Below are positions 8,307-18,065 of a stretch of DNA of 64,000 bases, one piece after another; within the stretch, counting starts at the first letter, position 1; each line of letters opens with the position of its first letter. The position numbers and the translations under genes are program-made. The notes under the pieces were generated by a model that searched no databases, was not told the DNA's origin, and worked only from the letters and a program-made list of their open reading frames with translations. The stretch lies in sequence record DRR723986_5550; one strand, 5' to 3'.

Positions 8307-9683
8307 TCAGAGGCGAATTTCGATGAATGTGGAGTCGCGCAGTTGGCGCAACCACTCCTGGTAGCTTTCCTCAGATTTGCTGGCTCGAATGGCTTGTCGA
8401 GCAGCCTGACGCTGGCGCTCTTCAGAGGCGGCCTGCTGACGGCGCTCAACAACCTGAATGATGTGGAAACCAAACCGGCTCTGGAACACCGGGCTGACGC
8501 CTCCAATACCCAGTTGGTTCATCTCGCGTTCAAATTCTGGCACGGTGTCGCCCGGGTACAGCCAGCCTAAATCGCCACCCTTGGCTGCAGAGCCATCTTG
8601 GGAATAACGCTTGGCCAAAGCATCGAACGTCGCAGCCCCACCTTGCAGCTGTTCCAGTGCGAAATTCAATCTGCGTTTCGCTTCGGCTTCGGTAATGTCG
8701 GGGCCTGGGCGAATCAGGATGTGTCGAGCGCGTGTCTGGGTCACCGGAGTGTTGTCCAGCGCCGCTCCACTTTCGCGCCGCTCAAGCACTTTCAGCACGT
8801 GAAAGCCGTTGGGACTGCGAATGGTTTGCACTGCGTTCAATTGTGCCTTGGATAAAAACTCGGTGAACAGGGTGGGCACTGCATCAAAACCAGACCAACC
8901 CATTTGCCCAGTGCCGTCAATCGCCAACTCGGGATTGGCTTGCACAATGGTTTCTACCGTTTTTCCGTCCTTCAGGGCTTTTTCAATTGCTTCCACTTTG
9001 CTTCGCGCCTGGCTGAGCGTTGCACCACTGGCATCGCTGGGGGCTCTGACCAGAAGCTGCACCCAATTTACCTCGGGTTGATTGGCCGCTGCCCCGCCTT
9101 TGGTTCGGGCGGCGAGGTAATTTTGAATTTCGGCATCCGACACCTGAATGCGGGCTTCCACTTCGCGTTCACGCAGGCGGCCCAAGGTGATCTCGCTGCG
9201 CACCTCTTCCCGGAATCGGGCGGGCGACACCCCTTCCTCCTGAAGGCGTGCCAGAAAGTCTTCGAGAGACAAGCCATTTTGATCTGCCACTCGGGCCATG
9301 GCCGCTTCAATTTGCGCTTCTTCAATTCGAATGCCCACTTCCTCTGCTTTCTGAAGCTGGGCTCGATCCATGACCATGCGATCAAGTACTTGTTTGCGCA
9401 ATTCAATCCGATCGGGCAGAGGGGCGCCCCTGCGGCTCATTTGGCGTTCAATCAGCGCGACCTGTCGGTTCAGTTCACTGCGGGTGATGATATCCGTGTT
9501 CACAACTGCAACGATGCCGTCGATCGCCGCCGCACTGGAACCATTGCTGGCCCCGAGCTCTGAACTCAGCTTGCCCACCGGCAGGTTGGATGTTGGTGCC
9601 TTGATACCCTGCGCCTGCGCGTGGCCGATGGCCGCAAGGGCGGAAATCGCGAATAACCAGTGTTGAATGTGCTTCATGTTCAT
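8307..9683 (-). CDS. surA: Periplasmic chaperone / peptidyl-prolyl isomerase SurA
   Basis: Signal peptide, DGIVAVVN, two parvulin domains (ARHILI, GGDLGW, FGFHIIQV); lptD-surA-pdxA-rsmA synteny. Confidence 0.95.
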   Translation of the reverse strand: MNMKHIQHWLFAISALAAIGHAQAQGIKAPTSNLPVGKLSSELGASNGSSAAAIDGIVAVVNTDIITRSELNRQVALIERQMSRRGAPLPDRIELRKQVLDRMVMDRAQLQKAEEVGIRIEEAQIEAAMARVADQNGLSLEDFLARLQEEGVSPARFREEVRSEITLGRLREREVEARIQVSDAEIQNYLAARTKGGAAANQPEVNWVQLLVRAPSDASGATLSQARSKVEAIEKALKDGKTVETIVQANPELAIDGTGQMGWSGFDAVPTLFTEFLSKAQLNAVQTIRSPNGFHVLKVLERRESGAALDNTPVTQTRARHILIRPGPDITEAEAKRRLNFALEQLQGGAATFDALAKRYSQDGSAAKGGDLGWLYPGDTVPEFEREMNQLGIGGVSPVFQSRFGFHIIQVVERRQQAASEERQRQAARQAIRASKSEESYQEWLRQLRDSTFIEIRL

Positions 9684-9719
9684 AACTTATCGGGTGCTTG
9701 TTGGGTACTTAATGGGTGC

Positions 9720-12017
9720 TCATTGGGTAGCTTGCGAGGAAGAGAAAGGCGTGTACCCAGGCACCTTTCTGGACAACAGGTCGGCAGGGTTGGACCCCAA
9801 ACGACCCAATCCATTGAGTTCGAGCTGAACAAAGAGCGAGGTAGTCTCCAGCAGCGGCGCAGTCGCAAATCGTTGCGCAATAACACGCACTGCCCAGCAA
9901 CCTTCACCGTATTCGAGACCTGCCACGCCTTCAATCAAACGATTGTCCAACATGGAGTAGTTTAAACGACCCACGCCGCTCCAGCGTTCAGAGATAGGCC
10001 ATTGGCCAGAAATGTCGAACTGGTCAATTTGTGCGCGGGTGTAGCGATACCCCAAATTCAGCTGCTTGCCCAGCGATGGCGCATAGCTGACGGTAATATT
10101 GCCGCGCTCGTGACGTCCGCTTTCGGCATTCAACTGGGTTGTCGCGTCCAGGAAAACAGACTGGCTGATTCGGCCCCGTGCATTTGCAAAAAAGTCAGAA
10201 TCACTGGTGGTCGGGGCTTCAAAGCCCTGCAAAATGACACGTGGTGTGCTCAGGTTCAGGCGCTGCCCGCCCGTCACGCTGAATAACTCTTCGCTGGTCG
10301 CCTCGTCGTAGAAGCGGCTGGTCACCGCGAGTGTCAACTGATTCGCATCGCCAACCCGGTCAAGCCCTGCATACCTGTTCTCGGCGAAAATCCGCGTCAG
10401 GCTTTGATCCGTCACCGAGGTGTCGAAAATAGGCTGATCGGATTGGTCTTTGAACGGCGTATAAAGATAAAAGATTCGTGGTTCCAGGGTTTGATTCACA
10501 TTTCGACCGAAAAAGCTTGTTTTGCGGTCGAAGTAAACCGTGCTGTCCAGCGAAACCGTTGGGATCACACTTCCTGGCGCTGCGGGCGCGCCCGGCGTTT
10601 GGCCTTGCAAATCGTAGTTGGTGGCTTGAACTGACACAGCGGGTGTGAATGAAAACTCGGACCGTTGAATGGGCATGAAAACCCGGGCGCGTGTTACGCC
10701 ACGCGAACCTTCAACTCGAGCCGGCGCGGAGGAAGGGCGGGCAAAGTCAGTGTACTGCCCGCTCACCGAGACAAACGCATTCGCCTGCCCGATGCGGGTT
10801 GGGCTCAGCTCGAGTGTTGCTTCAGGCAATCGGTCATAAGGTTCAGCAATAACGTCGTTGAATAGTTGCAGCGTTTGATGGGCCACAGTGCGTACATTCG
10901 CGCTCCAGTTTTTCTGGCGGTATGAAAAGAAACCCTCTTGCACCAGAATACGTTGGGAGGCCACAGCCTGCGTGCGGGAGAAATCCACAAAATAGTTGTC
11001 GTCAGAGACTTGGTTGAAGTTCACGCCCGCATAGAAGGGGCCTTTCTCGTACTTGTGAAGCAGGGACAATGCCGTGCGGTCAGTACCGGTTTTTTCGTCA
11101 TCCGGCAGGTAATCGTATTTCAGTTCGCCCTCGTTGTTGGGCGTCAGGTAACGCGTTTGAGTTCCCAATTGGTAACCCCGCCCCGAGATGATTTTCGGAT
11201 ACAGGGTCATGTCTTTGTCTGGAGCAATATTCAGGTAATAAGGTACTGTAACTTCAAGCCCGCTGTTGGAAACGGTACCAAATGAGGGGGGTAAAAATCC
11301 GCTTTTGCGCCTGTCGGTGGTGGGAAATGAAAAATAAGGTGCACCCAAAATTGGCACATCCTGAAAAACCACCTTTGCACCGCGGGCACGACCCACTTCA
11401 GCAGCCTGGTCAATTTCCAGCGAATCGGCAGTGATGTACCAGTCACCTTGATCTGCGGCACCGGGGTTGGGCACTTCACAAACCGTGTAATTCGGGTTTT
11501 CAAGCGTCAGCGTTGAAATACCGTCGTACTGCATTTTGTCGGCCCGACCCTTGCCGTTAATTTCCTTCAGTTCGAACGTGGGTTTGGTCATTTCGCTTTC
11601 ACCGGTACCCAGTTTTACGGAGCCTTCAGGGGCTTTCAGTACCATGCCCTCTTGCTCAATCACCAAATTGCCCTTGGCCGTGGCACGGTCGGTAATGGGC
11701 GAATAATTGATTGAGTCGCTAAATAACTTCAGTTTGTTGCGCCGAACCTCAACATTGCCTTCCAGGAAAGTTTCCTCGGCGCTGTTGCCATAAAGGCGAT
11801 CGGCAGAAATGTAGGTTGCTTGATCCTCAGGTATCGGGTTGCGCACTCCCAGCAGTCCACCGTCAATCTTCAGGCGGGTGGGGGATTCGGCCTTCGGTGT
11901 TGTGGCGCCTGTGGTTTGGGCAAGCGCGGGTGCGCCCAGACAGAACAAGGCAAATGCGATGGCTGTGGGGCGTGTGGGCACTGAGTGCACTTGCAGTAAT
12001 TTTTTGCTTTTCTTCAA
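9720..12017 (-). CDS. lptD: LPS assembly outer-membrane protein LptD
   Basis: OstA N-domain, RKSGFLPP, PYYLNIAP, TLEPRIFYLY, DRVGDANQ, FVQLELNGLG. TTG start is uncertain. Confidence 0.95.
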   Translation of the reverse strand: MKKSKKLLQVHSVPTRPTAIAFALFCLGAPALAQTTGATTPKAESPTRLKIDGGLLGVRNPIPEDQATYISADRLYGNSAEETFLEGNVEVRRNKLKLFSDSINYSPITDRATAKGNLVIEQEGMVLKAPEGSVKLGTGESEMTKPTFELKEINGKGRADKMQYDGISTLTLENPNYTVCEVPNPGAADQGDWYITADSLEIDQAAEVGRARGAKVVFQDVPILGAPYFSFPTTDRRKSGFLPPSFGTVSNSGLEVTVPYYLNIAPDKDMTLYPKIISGRGYQLGTQTRYLTPNNEGELKYDYLPDDEKTGTDRTALSLLHKYEKGPFYAGVNFNQVSDDNYFVDFSRTQAVASQRILVQEGFFSYRQKNWSANVRTVAHQTLQLFNDVIAEPYDRLPEATLELSPTRIGQANAFVSVSGQYTDFARPSSAPARVEGSRGVTRARVFMPIQRSEFSFTPAVSVQATNYDLQGQTPGAPAAPGSVIPTVSLDSTVYFDRKTSFFGRNVNQTLEPRIFYLYTPFKDQSDQPIFDTSVTDQSLTRIFAENRYAGLDRVGDANQLTLAVTSRFYDEATSEELFSVTGGQRLNLSTPRVILQGFEAPTTSDSDFFANARGRISQSVFLDATTQLNAESGRHERGNITVSYAPSLGKQLNLGYRYTRAQIDQFDISGQWPISERWSGVGRLNYSMLDNRLIEGVAGLEYGEGCWAVRVIAQRFATAPLLETTSLFVQLELNGLGRLGSNPADLLSRKVPGYTPFSSSQATQ

Positions 12018-12115
12018 GCTGGGTATGTACTCAAATAGGTGACGGATCGATCAAGCGCCATAGGATCCTACTATTATAGGCAACTAACTACAAATTAAAG
12101 AGATTGGACGGTTTG

Positions 12116-13147
12116 ATGAGCGCCTTGCGTCAAGAAATGTTGAAAAAATGGCTGGAAGGTCTGGACGGTTTTGAGTTTGACCTGCAAACCCTGCAGGCGG
12201 CCTCCAGCGATGCCAGCTTTCGCCGGTATTTCCGGGTTGGCGAAGCCAATAACGTGCGAACCCTGATTGTGATGGACGCGCCGCCTGACAAAGAAGATGT
12301 TCGTCCCTTCGTGCATGTGGCGGGCTTGCTGCGAGAAGGTGGCTCCAGGGCGCCCCAGGTGTTGGCGCAGAATCCGCAGGAGGGTTTTTTGCTGCTGGAG
12401 GATTTCGGCAACACCACCATGTTGCAGGGGCTGAACGCCCAAGCTGAACAGAAAGACGCCCTATACATGCAGGCACTGCATGACCTGGTGCACTTGCAAG
12501 CCAACACCCGCACCGAAGGCATACCCGCTTACGGTGCCGACAAATTGTTGCAGGAAATGAATTTGTTCGATGAATGGTATGTGGGCAGGCACTACGGTGC
12601 CGAGCTGACCGATCAGGAACGCAACTGGCTTGAGAGCATCAAAGGCATGCTGATTCAAAGCGCGCTCGCTGAGCCTCAACTGTTTGTCCACCGCGATTAC
12701 CACAGCCGCAACTTGATGTTGACCAGCCAGGCGGGTGAAGCGCCACAGTTCGGCATTCTTGATTTTCAGGACGCGGTAAAGGGCCCCTTGAGCTACGACC
12801 TGGTCAGTATTCTGCGCGACGCCTACATTGAATGGCCCGAAGCGCAAACCCTGGACTGGACCGTGCGTTACTGGGAGGCTGCCCGCAAGGCTGGCTTGCC
12901 CATTTGCGAAGACCCCGGTGAGTTCTATCGCCAGTTCGATTTTATGGGCCTGCAACGTCATTTGAAAATTCTGGGTATCTTCGCGCGCCTGAACTACCGC
13001 GACGGCAAGGCCCAGTACTTGAATGACCTGCCAATGGTGTTGCGTTATGTACGCCTTGTGGCGGGCCGATACATCGCGTTCAAGCCCCTGCTGCTGTTGC
13101 TTGATCGCCTTGAAAACAAGGCTGTAAAAGTGGGGTATACGTTTTAA
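12116..13147 (+). CDS. amgK: Anomeric MurNAc/GlcNAc kinase (APH family)
   Basis: ASSDASFRRYFR, MDAPP, HRDYHSRNLM, LDFQDA, QRHLKILGIFARL; adjacent to murU and divergent from lptD. Confidence 0.9.
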   Translation: MSALRQEMLKKWLEGLDGFEFDLQTLQAASSDASFRRYFRVGEANNVRTLIVMDAPPDKEDVRPFVHVAGLLREGGSRAPQVLAQNPQEGFLLLEDFGNTTMLQGLNAQAEQKDALYMQALHDLVHLQANTRTEGIPAYGADKLLQEMNLFDEWYVGRHYGAELTDQERNWLESIKGMLIQSALAEPQLFVHRDYHSRNLMLTSQAGEAPQFGILDFQDAVKGPLSYDLVSILRDAYIEWPEAQTLDWTVRYWEAARKAGLPICEDPGEFYRQFDFMGLQRHLKILGIFARLNYRDGKAQYLNDLPMVLRYVRLVAGRYIAFKPLLLLLDRLENKAVKVGYTF

Positions 13148-13843
13148 ATGAAGGCAATGATATTGGCTGCGGGGCGTGGCGAACGCATGCGCCCATTGAC
13201 TGACCATTGTCCCAAACCCTTGTTGCCCGCGGGTGGTAAACCTTTGTTGCAGTGGCATATAGAGGCCCTGGCGGCGGGGGGTATTACCAGCATTGTGATC
13301 AATCACGCGCATTTGGGGCGCCAAATTGAAAGCCACTTTGGCGATGGTTCAGCCTTTGGGGTGCAGATAAGTTACTCAGCCGAGGCCAGCGCGCTTGAAA
13401 CCGCCGGCGGTATTCGCAAAGCCTTACACCATCTTGGAAATGAACCATTTCTGGTGATTAACGGCGATGTGTCTTGTGAATGGCCGGTCGATAGGGCCTT
13501 GCAGGTTGCCAATCAATGGCAGCAAGACCAGTTGGCTTACCTGGTGATGGTCCCCAATCCCTTACACCATCCGACCGGTGATTTTGCGATACAGGGCAGT
13601 CTGGTCAAACAGGCTGAACCGGGCGAGATCACATTCACATTTTCCGGGATCGGAGTGTATCACCCGAGTTTATTCAGTAAGCTCAGAGTTGACGAGGTTG
13701 CAAAACTCGCGCCCCTGTTGCGCCAAGCCATGGCTGCAGGCAAAGTACAAGGTGAGTTGTTCGACGGTTTCTGGATGGACATTGGAACACCAGAACGGCT
13801 TGAAGAACTCAACCAACGATTGAATTCAGCAAGGAAGCGTTAG
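13148..13843 (+). CDS. murU: MurNAc-alpha-1-phosphate uridylyltransferase
   Basis: MKAMILAAGRGERMRPLTD..PKPLL, LETAGG, NGDV, W.DIGTPERL; abuts amgK. Confidence 0.92.
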   Translation: MKAMILAAGRGERMRPLTDHCPKPLLPAGGKPLLQWHIEALAAGGITSIVINHAHLGRQIESHFGDGSAFGVQISYSAEASALETAGGIRKALHHLGNEPFLVINGDVSCEWPVDRALQVANQWQQDQLAYLVMVPNPLHHPTGDFAIQGSLVKQAEPGEITFTFSGIGVYHPSLFSKLRVDEVAKLAPLLRQAMAAGKVQGELFDGFWMDIGTPERLEELNQRLNSARKR

Positions 13844-13844
13844 C

Positions 13845-15233
13845 ATGAGCAGGTATCCTACCCACAACCCCCTGATCTACGCCAAGCGCCGAGAGCAGCT
13901 TGCACGCCGTTTGAAGAAAATGGGCGGTGGTGTTGCCTTGGTGCAGTCGGGCATGGAGGTGATGCGCAACCGGGATGCGGATTACGCATTCCGTTCAGAC
14001 AGTTACTTTTATTACCTCACTGGCTTTCCTGAGCCGGAGGCCTGTTTGGCCCTGGTGGTGCCACCCAGTGGCGATTCCAGAGCTGTGTTGTTTTGCAGGG
14101 ATAAGAATGAGGAACGAGAAATATGGGAGGGGTTCCGCTTCGGCCCCAGGGCAGCGCAGGCTGCATTCGGCATGCATGAGGCCTACAGTATTGATGACCT
14201 TGAAGAGCACTTGATTGACACACTGGCCAATCAGCCTGCGGTGTTTTTGCGTCTGGGTGAAGACGAAAGCCTCGAGGCCGCCGTTGCCGATGTGCTGAAA
14301 ACCTTGCGGGGCAAAGCCCGGACGGGTGTTACAGCGCCGCATGCGGTGCTTGATTTGAGCCACTCGCTGGATGAAATGCGTCTGATCAAAGACAAAACCG
14401 AGATTGACATCATGCGCCGTGCGGCCCACATTTCGGCGCATGCGCACATTGCGGCCATGCAAGTGTGCCAACCAGGAAAGTTCGAGTTTGAAGTGGAAGC
14501 CGAGTTACTCTATCAGTTTCGGAAAAATGGTTCAGAGGCGCCCGCGTATGGTTCGATCGTGGCCTCGGGTGCAAATGCCTGTGTGCTGCACTACCGTGCG
14601 AATGACGCCAGAATGCGCGATGGCGACTTGTTGTTGATTGATGCAGGTTGCGAGCTGGATTGCTACGCATCGGATATCACGCGCACCTTTCCGGTGAACG
14701 GGCAGTTCAGCAAGGCCCAACAGGCAGTGTATGAAGTGGTGTTGAATGCACAGTATGCAGCGATTGATGCCACCAAGCCTGGTGCGCGTTTCAATGACCC
14801 GCACGATGCCGCGGTGAAGGTATTGGCGCAAGGTCTGATCGATTTGAAGCTGCTCAAAATGAGCCTGACCGAAGCGCTTGAAAGTGGCGCGTACAAACGC
14901 TTTTACATGCACCGCACCAGTCACTGGTTGGGCATGGATGTGCATGATTGTGGAAGCTACCGCGACCCGGCTGCCAAACCTGAAGACGGTGTGGCACCCC
15001 ACACCAGTCGCAAGCTGGAAGCCGGCATGGTGCTCACCATTGAGCCTGGCCTTTACATTCGCCCGGGCAAAGGTGTGCCCAAGCAGTTTGAAAACATCGG
15101 TATTCGCATTGAGGACGATGCATTGGTGACCCAGAAAGGTTGTGATATTTACACTGCCGATGCGCCCAAAACCGTGGCCGAAATTCATGCAACGATGAAA
15201 GCCCACAAAAAAACAAGCAGTAAGGCAGCCTGA
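13845..15233 (+). CDS. pepP: Xaa-Pro aminopeptidase
   Basis: FYYLTGFPEPE, LIDAGCE..YASDITRTFP, HWLGMDVHD, TIEPGLY, GIRIEDD. Confidence 0.95.
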   Translation: MSRYPTHNPLIYAKRREQLARRLKKMGGGVALVQSGMEVMRNRDADYAFRSDSYFYYLTGFPEPEACLALVVPPSGDSRAVLFCRDKNEEREIWEGFRFGPRAAQAAFGMHEAYSIDDLEEHLIDTLANQPAVFLRLGEDESLEAAVADVLKTLRGKARTGVTAPHAVLDLSHSLDEMRLIKDKTEIDIMRRAAHISAHAHIAAMQVCQPGKFEFEVEAELLYQFRKNGSEAPAYGSIVASGANACVLHYRANDARMRDGDLLLIDAGCELDCYASDITRTFPVNGQFSKAQQAVYEVVLNAQYAAIDATKPGARFNDPHDAAVKVLAQGLIDLKLLKMSLTEALESGAYKRFYMHRTSHWLGMDVHDCGSYRDPAAKPEDGVAPHTSRKLEAGMVLTIEPGLYIRPGKGVPKQFENIGIRIEDDALVTQKGCDIYTADAPKTVAEIHATMKAHKKTSSKAA

Positions 15234-15240
15234 CCAATCC

Positions 15241-16431
15241 ATGACCTCGCACACCGATTTTGATGTGGCCATTGTTGGGGCTGGCCCTGTGGGCCTTGCT
15301 TTTGCAGGCTGGCTTGCCAACACCTGGGGTGACCGCGCCAATCGAATTGCCATTTTTGATGCCAAGCCTCTGGAAGCTTCCGCCCGTGATCCGCGTATTC
15401 TGGCGTTGTCCGATGCCACGCGTTTGCGTCTGGCCTGCCTGGGGTTCCCAGCCGATGCCACGCCGATTCACCATATTCATGTGTCAGAGCAATCCCGTTT
15501 TGGCCAGGTACGAATGAAGGCAGATGAACTGGGTTTGCGGGCCTTGGGGTGGACGGTTCGTTATGGTGACTTGGTGAACTGCTTGTCGACCTCGCTGGAA
15601 CGCAGAGGGGTAAAAATTTTCCGCCCCGCCAATGTGAAGTATGCGCACCGTAGCGCAGTTGACTCTCTCGAAGTGCTTGAGCTCGAGGACGGTACCGAAT
15701 ACACCGTAAACCTGCGGGTGGATGCCGAGGGGGGCTTGTATGGCGAGGCTGGCGAGCGTGACCAAGTGGTGGATTACGACCAATGGGCCTTGGTGAGCGA
15801 AGTCACTTTGCAGGTGGAACCTGGTTTACTGGAAGGCGGCAATACACTGGCTTTTGAGCGTTTCACCTCGGAAGGGCCTTTGGCACTGTTGCCCATTTCA
15901 ACCGACCAGCAGCAATACTCATTGGTGTGGTGCGCTCCGCTAGCTCAGGTTCAAAAGCGATTGGCTTGCAGCGATGACGAATTTTCTGCTGAACTTCGAC
16001 AACAGTTTGGGCGTCGCATCTCCATCAAACAGATTGGCCCCAGAAAAAGTTTCCCATTGGGCATGAACTGGCGCGACAAACTGGTGCAGGGACGTCGTGT
16101 AGCGATTGGCAATGCTGCTCAAATTTTGCACCCTGTGGCCGGTCAGGGTCTAAATCTGGGTTTGCGGGATGCTGTGCAGCTTTGCCGCAGTGTCGACCCG
16201 GCAACTGTTGCACAGGAACATCGCTTGACCCTGGCGCTGAGTGAATTTGAGAAGTTGAGAGTGGCTGATCGGCAGGTGGTGGTTAAAATGACAGATTGGA
16301 TGGTGAAAGGGTTTTCCAATCACAATCCCTTGCTGGGTGCAGGCCGACAAATGGCCTTGAACGTGATGGAGTTCACGCCACCTCTTCGCAAGCAGTTTGC
16401 TGAATTAATGTTGTTCGGCCTGGCTGTTTAA
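15241..16431 (+). CDS. ubiH: UbiH/UbiF family FAD-dependent hydroxylase
   Basis: GAGPVG Rossmann motif, AFERFT..GPLALLP, GNAAQILHPVAGQGLNLGLRD; follows pepP. Confidence 0.85.
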   Translation: MTSHTDFDVAIVGAGPVGLAFAGWLANTWGDRANRIAIFDAKPLEASARDPRILALSDATRLRLACLGFPADATPIHHIHVSEQSRFGQVRMKADELGLRALGWTVRYGDLVNCLSTSLERRGVKIFRPANVKYAHRSAVDSLEVLELEDGTEYTVNLRVDAEGGLYGEAGERDQVVDYDQWALVSEVTLQVEPGLLEGGNTLAFERFTSEGPLALLPISTDQQQYSLVWCAPLAQVQKRLACSDDEFSAELRQQFGRRISIKQIGPRKSFPLGMNWRDKLVQGRRVAIGNAAQILHPVAGQGLNLGLRDAVQLCRSVDPATVAQEHRLTLALSEFEKLRVADRQVVVKMTDWMVKGFSNHNPLLGAGRQMALNVMEFTPPLRKQFAELMLFGLAV

Positions 16432-16449
16432 TCTGGAGCATTTTTACCC

Positions 16450-17061
16450 ATGTGGTCTGCCGAATTGTTGCGTGCCCGTTTTGCCATGGCCGATTTGCCT
16501 TGGCAACCAGAGCCGCTCGAAGAACGTTTTTTCAAAGACCGCGACCCTGCAGATGCGGCGGTGCTGGTGCCTTTGGTTCAGCGGCAAGACGATCTTTATG
16601 TGTTGCTGACGCTTCGCACGGCTCACCTGAATGACCATGCCGGACAAATCAGCTTTCCGGGAGGCCGTTGTGAACCTGACGATGGTGGCCCGATAGAAAC
16701 TGCCCTGCGAGAGACTGTGGAAGAAACAGGGCTGGCCCGAGAGTTCATCGAAGTGCTGGGCACCATGCCGGTTTACCAGACTGCGACCAATTTCATGGTG
16801 ACGCCTGTGGTGGCCTTGGTGAAGCCAGGTTTTACACTAATGCCCGATGCATTCGAGGTGGAAGAGGTGTTCGAGGTGCCCCTTTCATTTTTGATGGATG
16901 TTGAAAATCATCAGCAGCGCAGCTTACACACCCCCATGGGCGAGCGTACCTTCTACGCCATGCCCTACAATTCGCCGGAGAATGGAAAGAACTATTTTAT
17001 CTGGGGTGCAACCGCAGCGATGCTACGCAACCTCTACCATTTCCTGAACGCGAAGGCGTAA
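16450..17061 (+). CDS. nudL: CoA pyrophosphatase (Nudix, NudL-like)
   Basis: AAVLVPL, LLTLR..HL..HAGQISFPGG, Nudix box ALRETVEETG, IWGATA. Confidence 0.9.
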   Translation: MWSAELLRARFAMADLPWQPEPLEERFFKDRDPADAAVLVPLVQRQDDLYVLLTLRTAHLNDHAGQISFPGGRCEPDDGGPIETALRETVEETGLAREFIEVLGTMPVYQTATNFMVTPVVALVKPGFTLMPDAFEVEEVFEVPLSFLMDVENHQQRSLHTPMGERTFYAMPYNSPENGKNYFIWGATAAMLRNLYHFLNAKA

Positions 17062-17065
17062 CACT

Positions 17066-18061
17066 TTGTCCTATTTGGCCCTGCTTATTGCTGTGGTGTG
17101 TGAAACCTTCCTGCCGGACGGTTTGTTCACCCGTGCGCGTGATTGGGTGAATCGTTTCAACCAGGAACTGGAAATTAATCTGGAGGCCCTCGGAGCGCCG
17201 AGTTACGCGCATTTGCAGTGGCTAGCCCCCATGTTGATCTGGGTAATGGGTGTTTACTTTCTGTATCAGGTGCTTTGGACCATATCTCCGCTTGCCGCTG
17301 GCTTCCTGAGCGTATTCTTGTTGTTGTATGGTTTGCGTTTTCGCCACTTTGCGCTGGTGTTTACCAATGCACAGCTATTTCTGAATCAAGGCGATTTTTT
17401 CCGGGCTCGCGAATTGCTGTTGACCTGGATGAAAGACTACGATGGGACCGAACCCGTGGTTCATCGTCCTGGTGAGTTGGTGTTTCACGCCATATCCCAT
17501 GGGACCGAGCGTGCTTTGCGTCAGTATTTCAGTCTGTTTTTCTGGTTTCTGGTAATGCCGGGTCCCATGGGATTGGTGGTTTACATGATGGCGCACTGGA
17601 GCGTGATTCGTGAACGTGATGTGTGGCAGGCCCAAGCCTTTGCGCATGAACGCCCCACGATGCAAGAGGCCTGGGAAACCCACAAACTGAAAGCGGCGAT
17701 CAGCCCGCGCTTTGTGTTGTTTGCCATGGAATGGCTGCCCGCTCGTTTGATAGCCTTGACGGTGGGTTTGGTTGCGCAGCTAGATGATGCTGCGCTGGCT
17801 TGGCGAACTGCAAAAAACCATAGTCGTTTTTCCAACAGGGCGCCGCTCACGGCTGTATTTTTCACTGCAGTTGGTCTCGTGGGAGGGGCTGCTTTTGATC
17901 CGGTATCCAAAGCTGCATCAGAAGGGCAATTGTTGAGTGAAGAAAACCAGGTGCAAGCCTTACAGCAATTCCGGCAGCTCATTTTCAAATGCGCGGTGGT
18001 GTGGTTAATGGCAACATTGGTGTTTGCCATTCTGGGTTGGTTGCCCAGCAGCAGGCTCTAG
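17066..18061 (+). CDS. CobD/CbiB-AmpE family membrane protein
   Basis: LLYGLRFRHF, ARELL..W, FSLFFWF..GP.G, EWLPARL..L; multiple TM helices; TTG start. Confidence 0.7.
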   Translation: MSYLALLIAVVCETFLPDGLFTRARDWVNRFNQELEINLEALGAPSYAHLQWLAPMLIWVMGVYFLYQVLWTISPLAAGFLSVFLLLYGLRFRHFALVFTNAQLFLNQGDFFRARELLLTWMKDYDGTEPVVHRPGELVFHAISHGTERALRQYFSLFFWFLVMPGPMGLVVYMMAHWSVIRERDVWQAQAFAHERPTMQEAWETHKLKAAISPRFVLFAMEWLPARLIALTVGLVAQLDDAALAWRTAKNHSRFSNRAPLTAVFFTAVGLVGGAAFDPVSKAASEGQLLSEENQVQALQQFRQLIFKCAVVWLMATLVFAILGWLPSSRL

Positions 18062-18065
18062 AGCG

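Noticed and set aside
8297..8506. Upstream extension of pdxA
   Set aside because: It overlaps the surA 3' end in another frame. PdxA motifs start after ATG 8296.
12461..15461. Long antisense ORFs over amgK, murU and pepP (291 aa and 309 aa), and similar ones over maeB and the M23 gene
   Set aside because: They are fully embedded opposite well-supported genes, with no SD or domain signal.
17066..18061. Cobalamin biosynthesis locus suggested by the CobD/CbiB-like gene
   Set aside because: No other cob/cbi genes or B12 riboswitch are present. The protein is a divergent family member in a housekeeping context.
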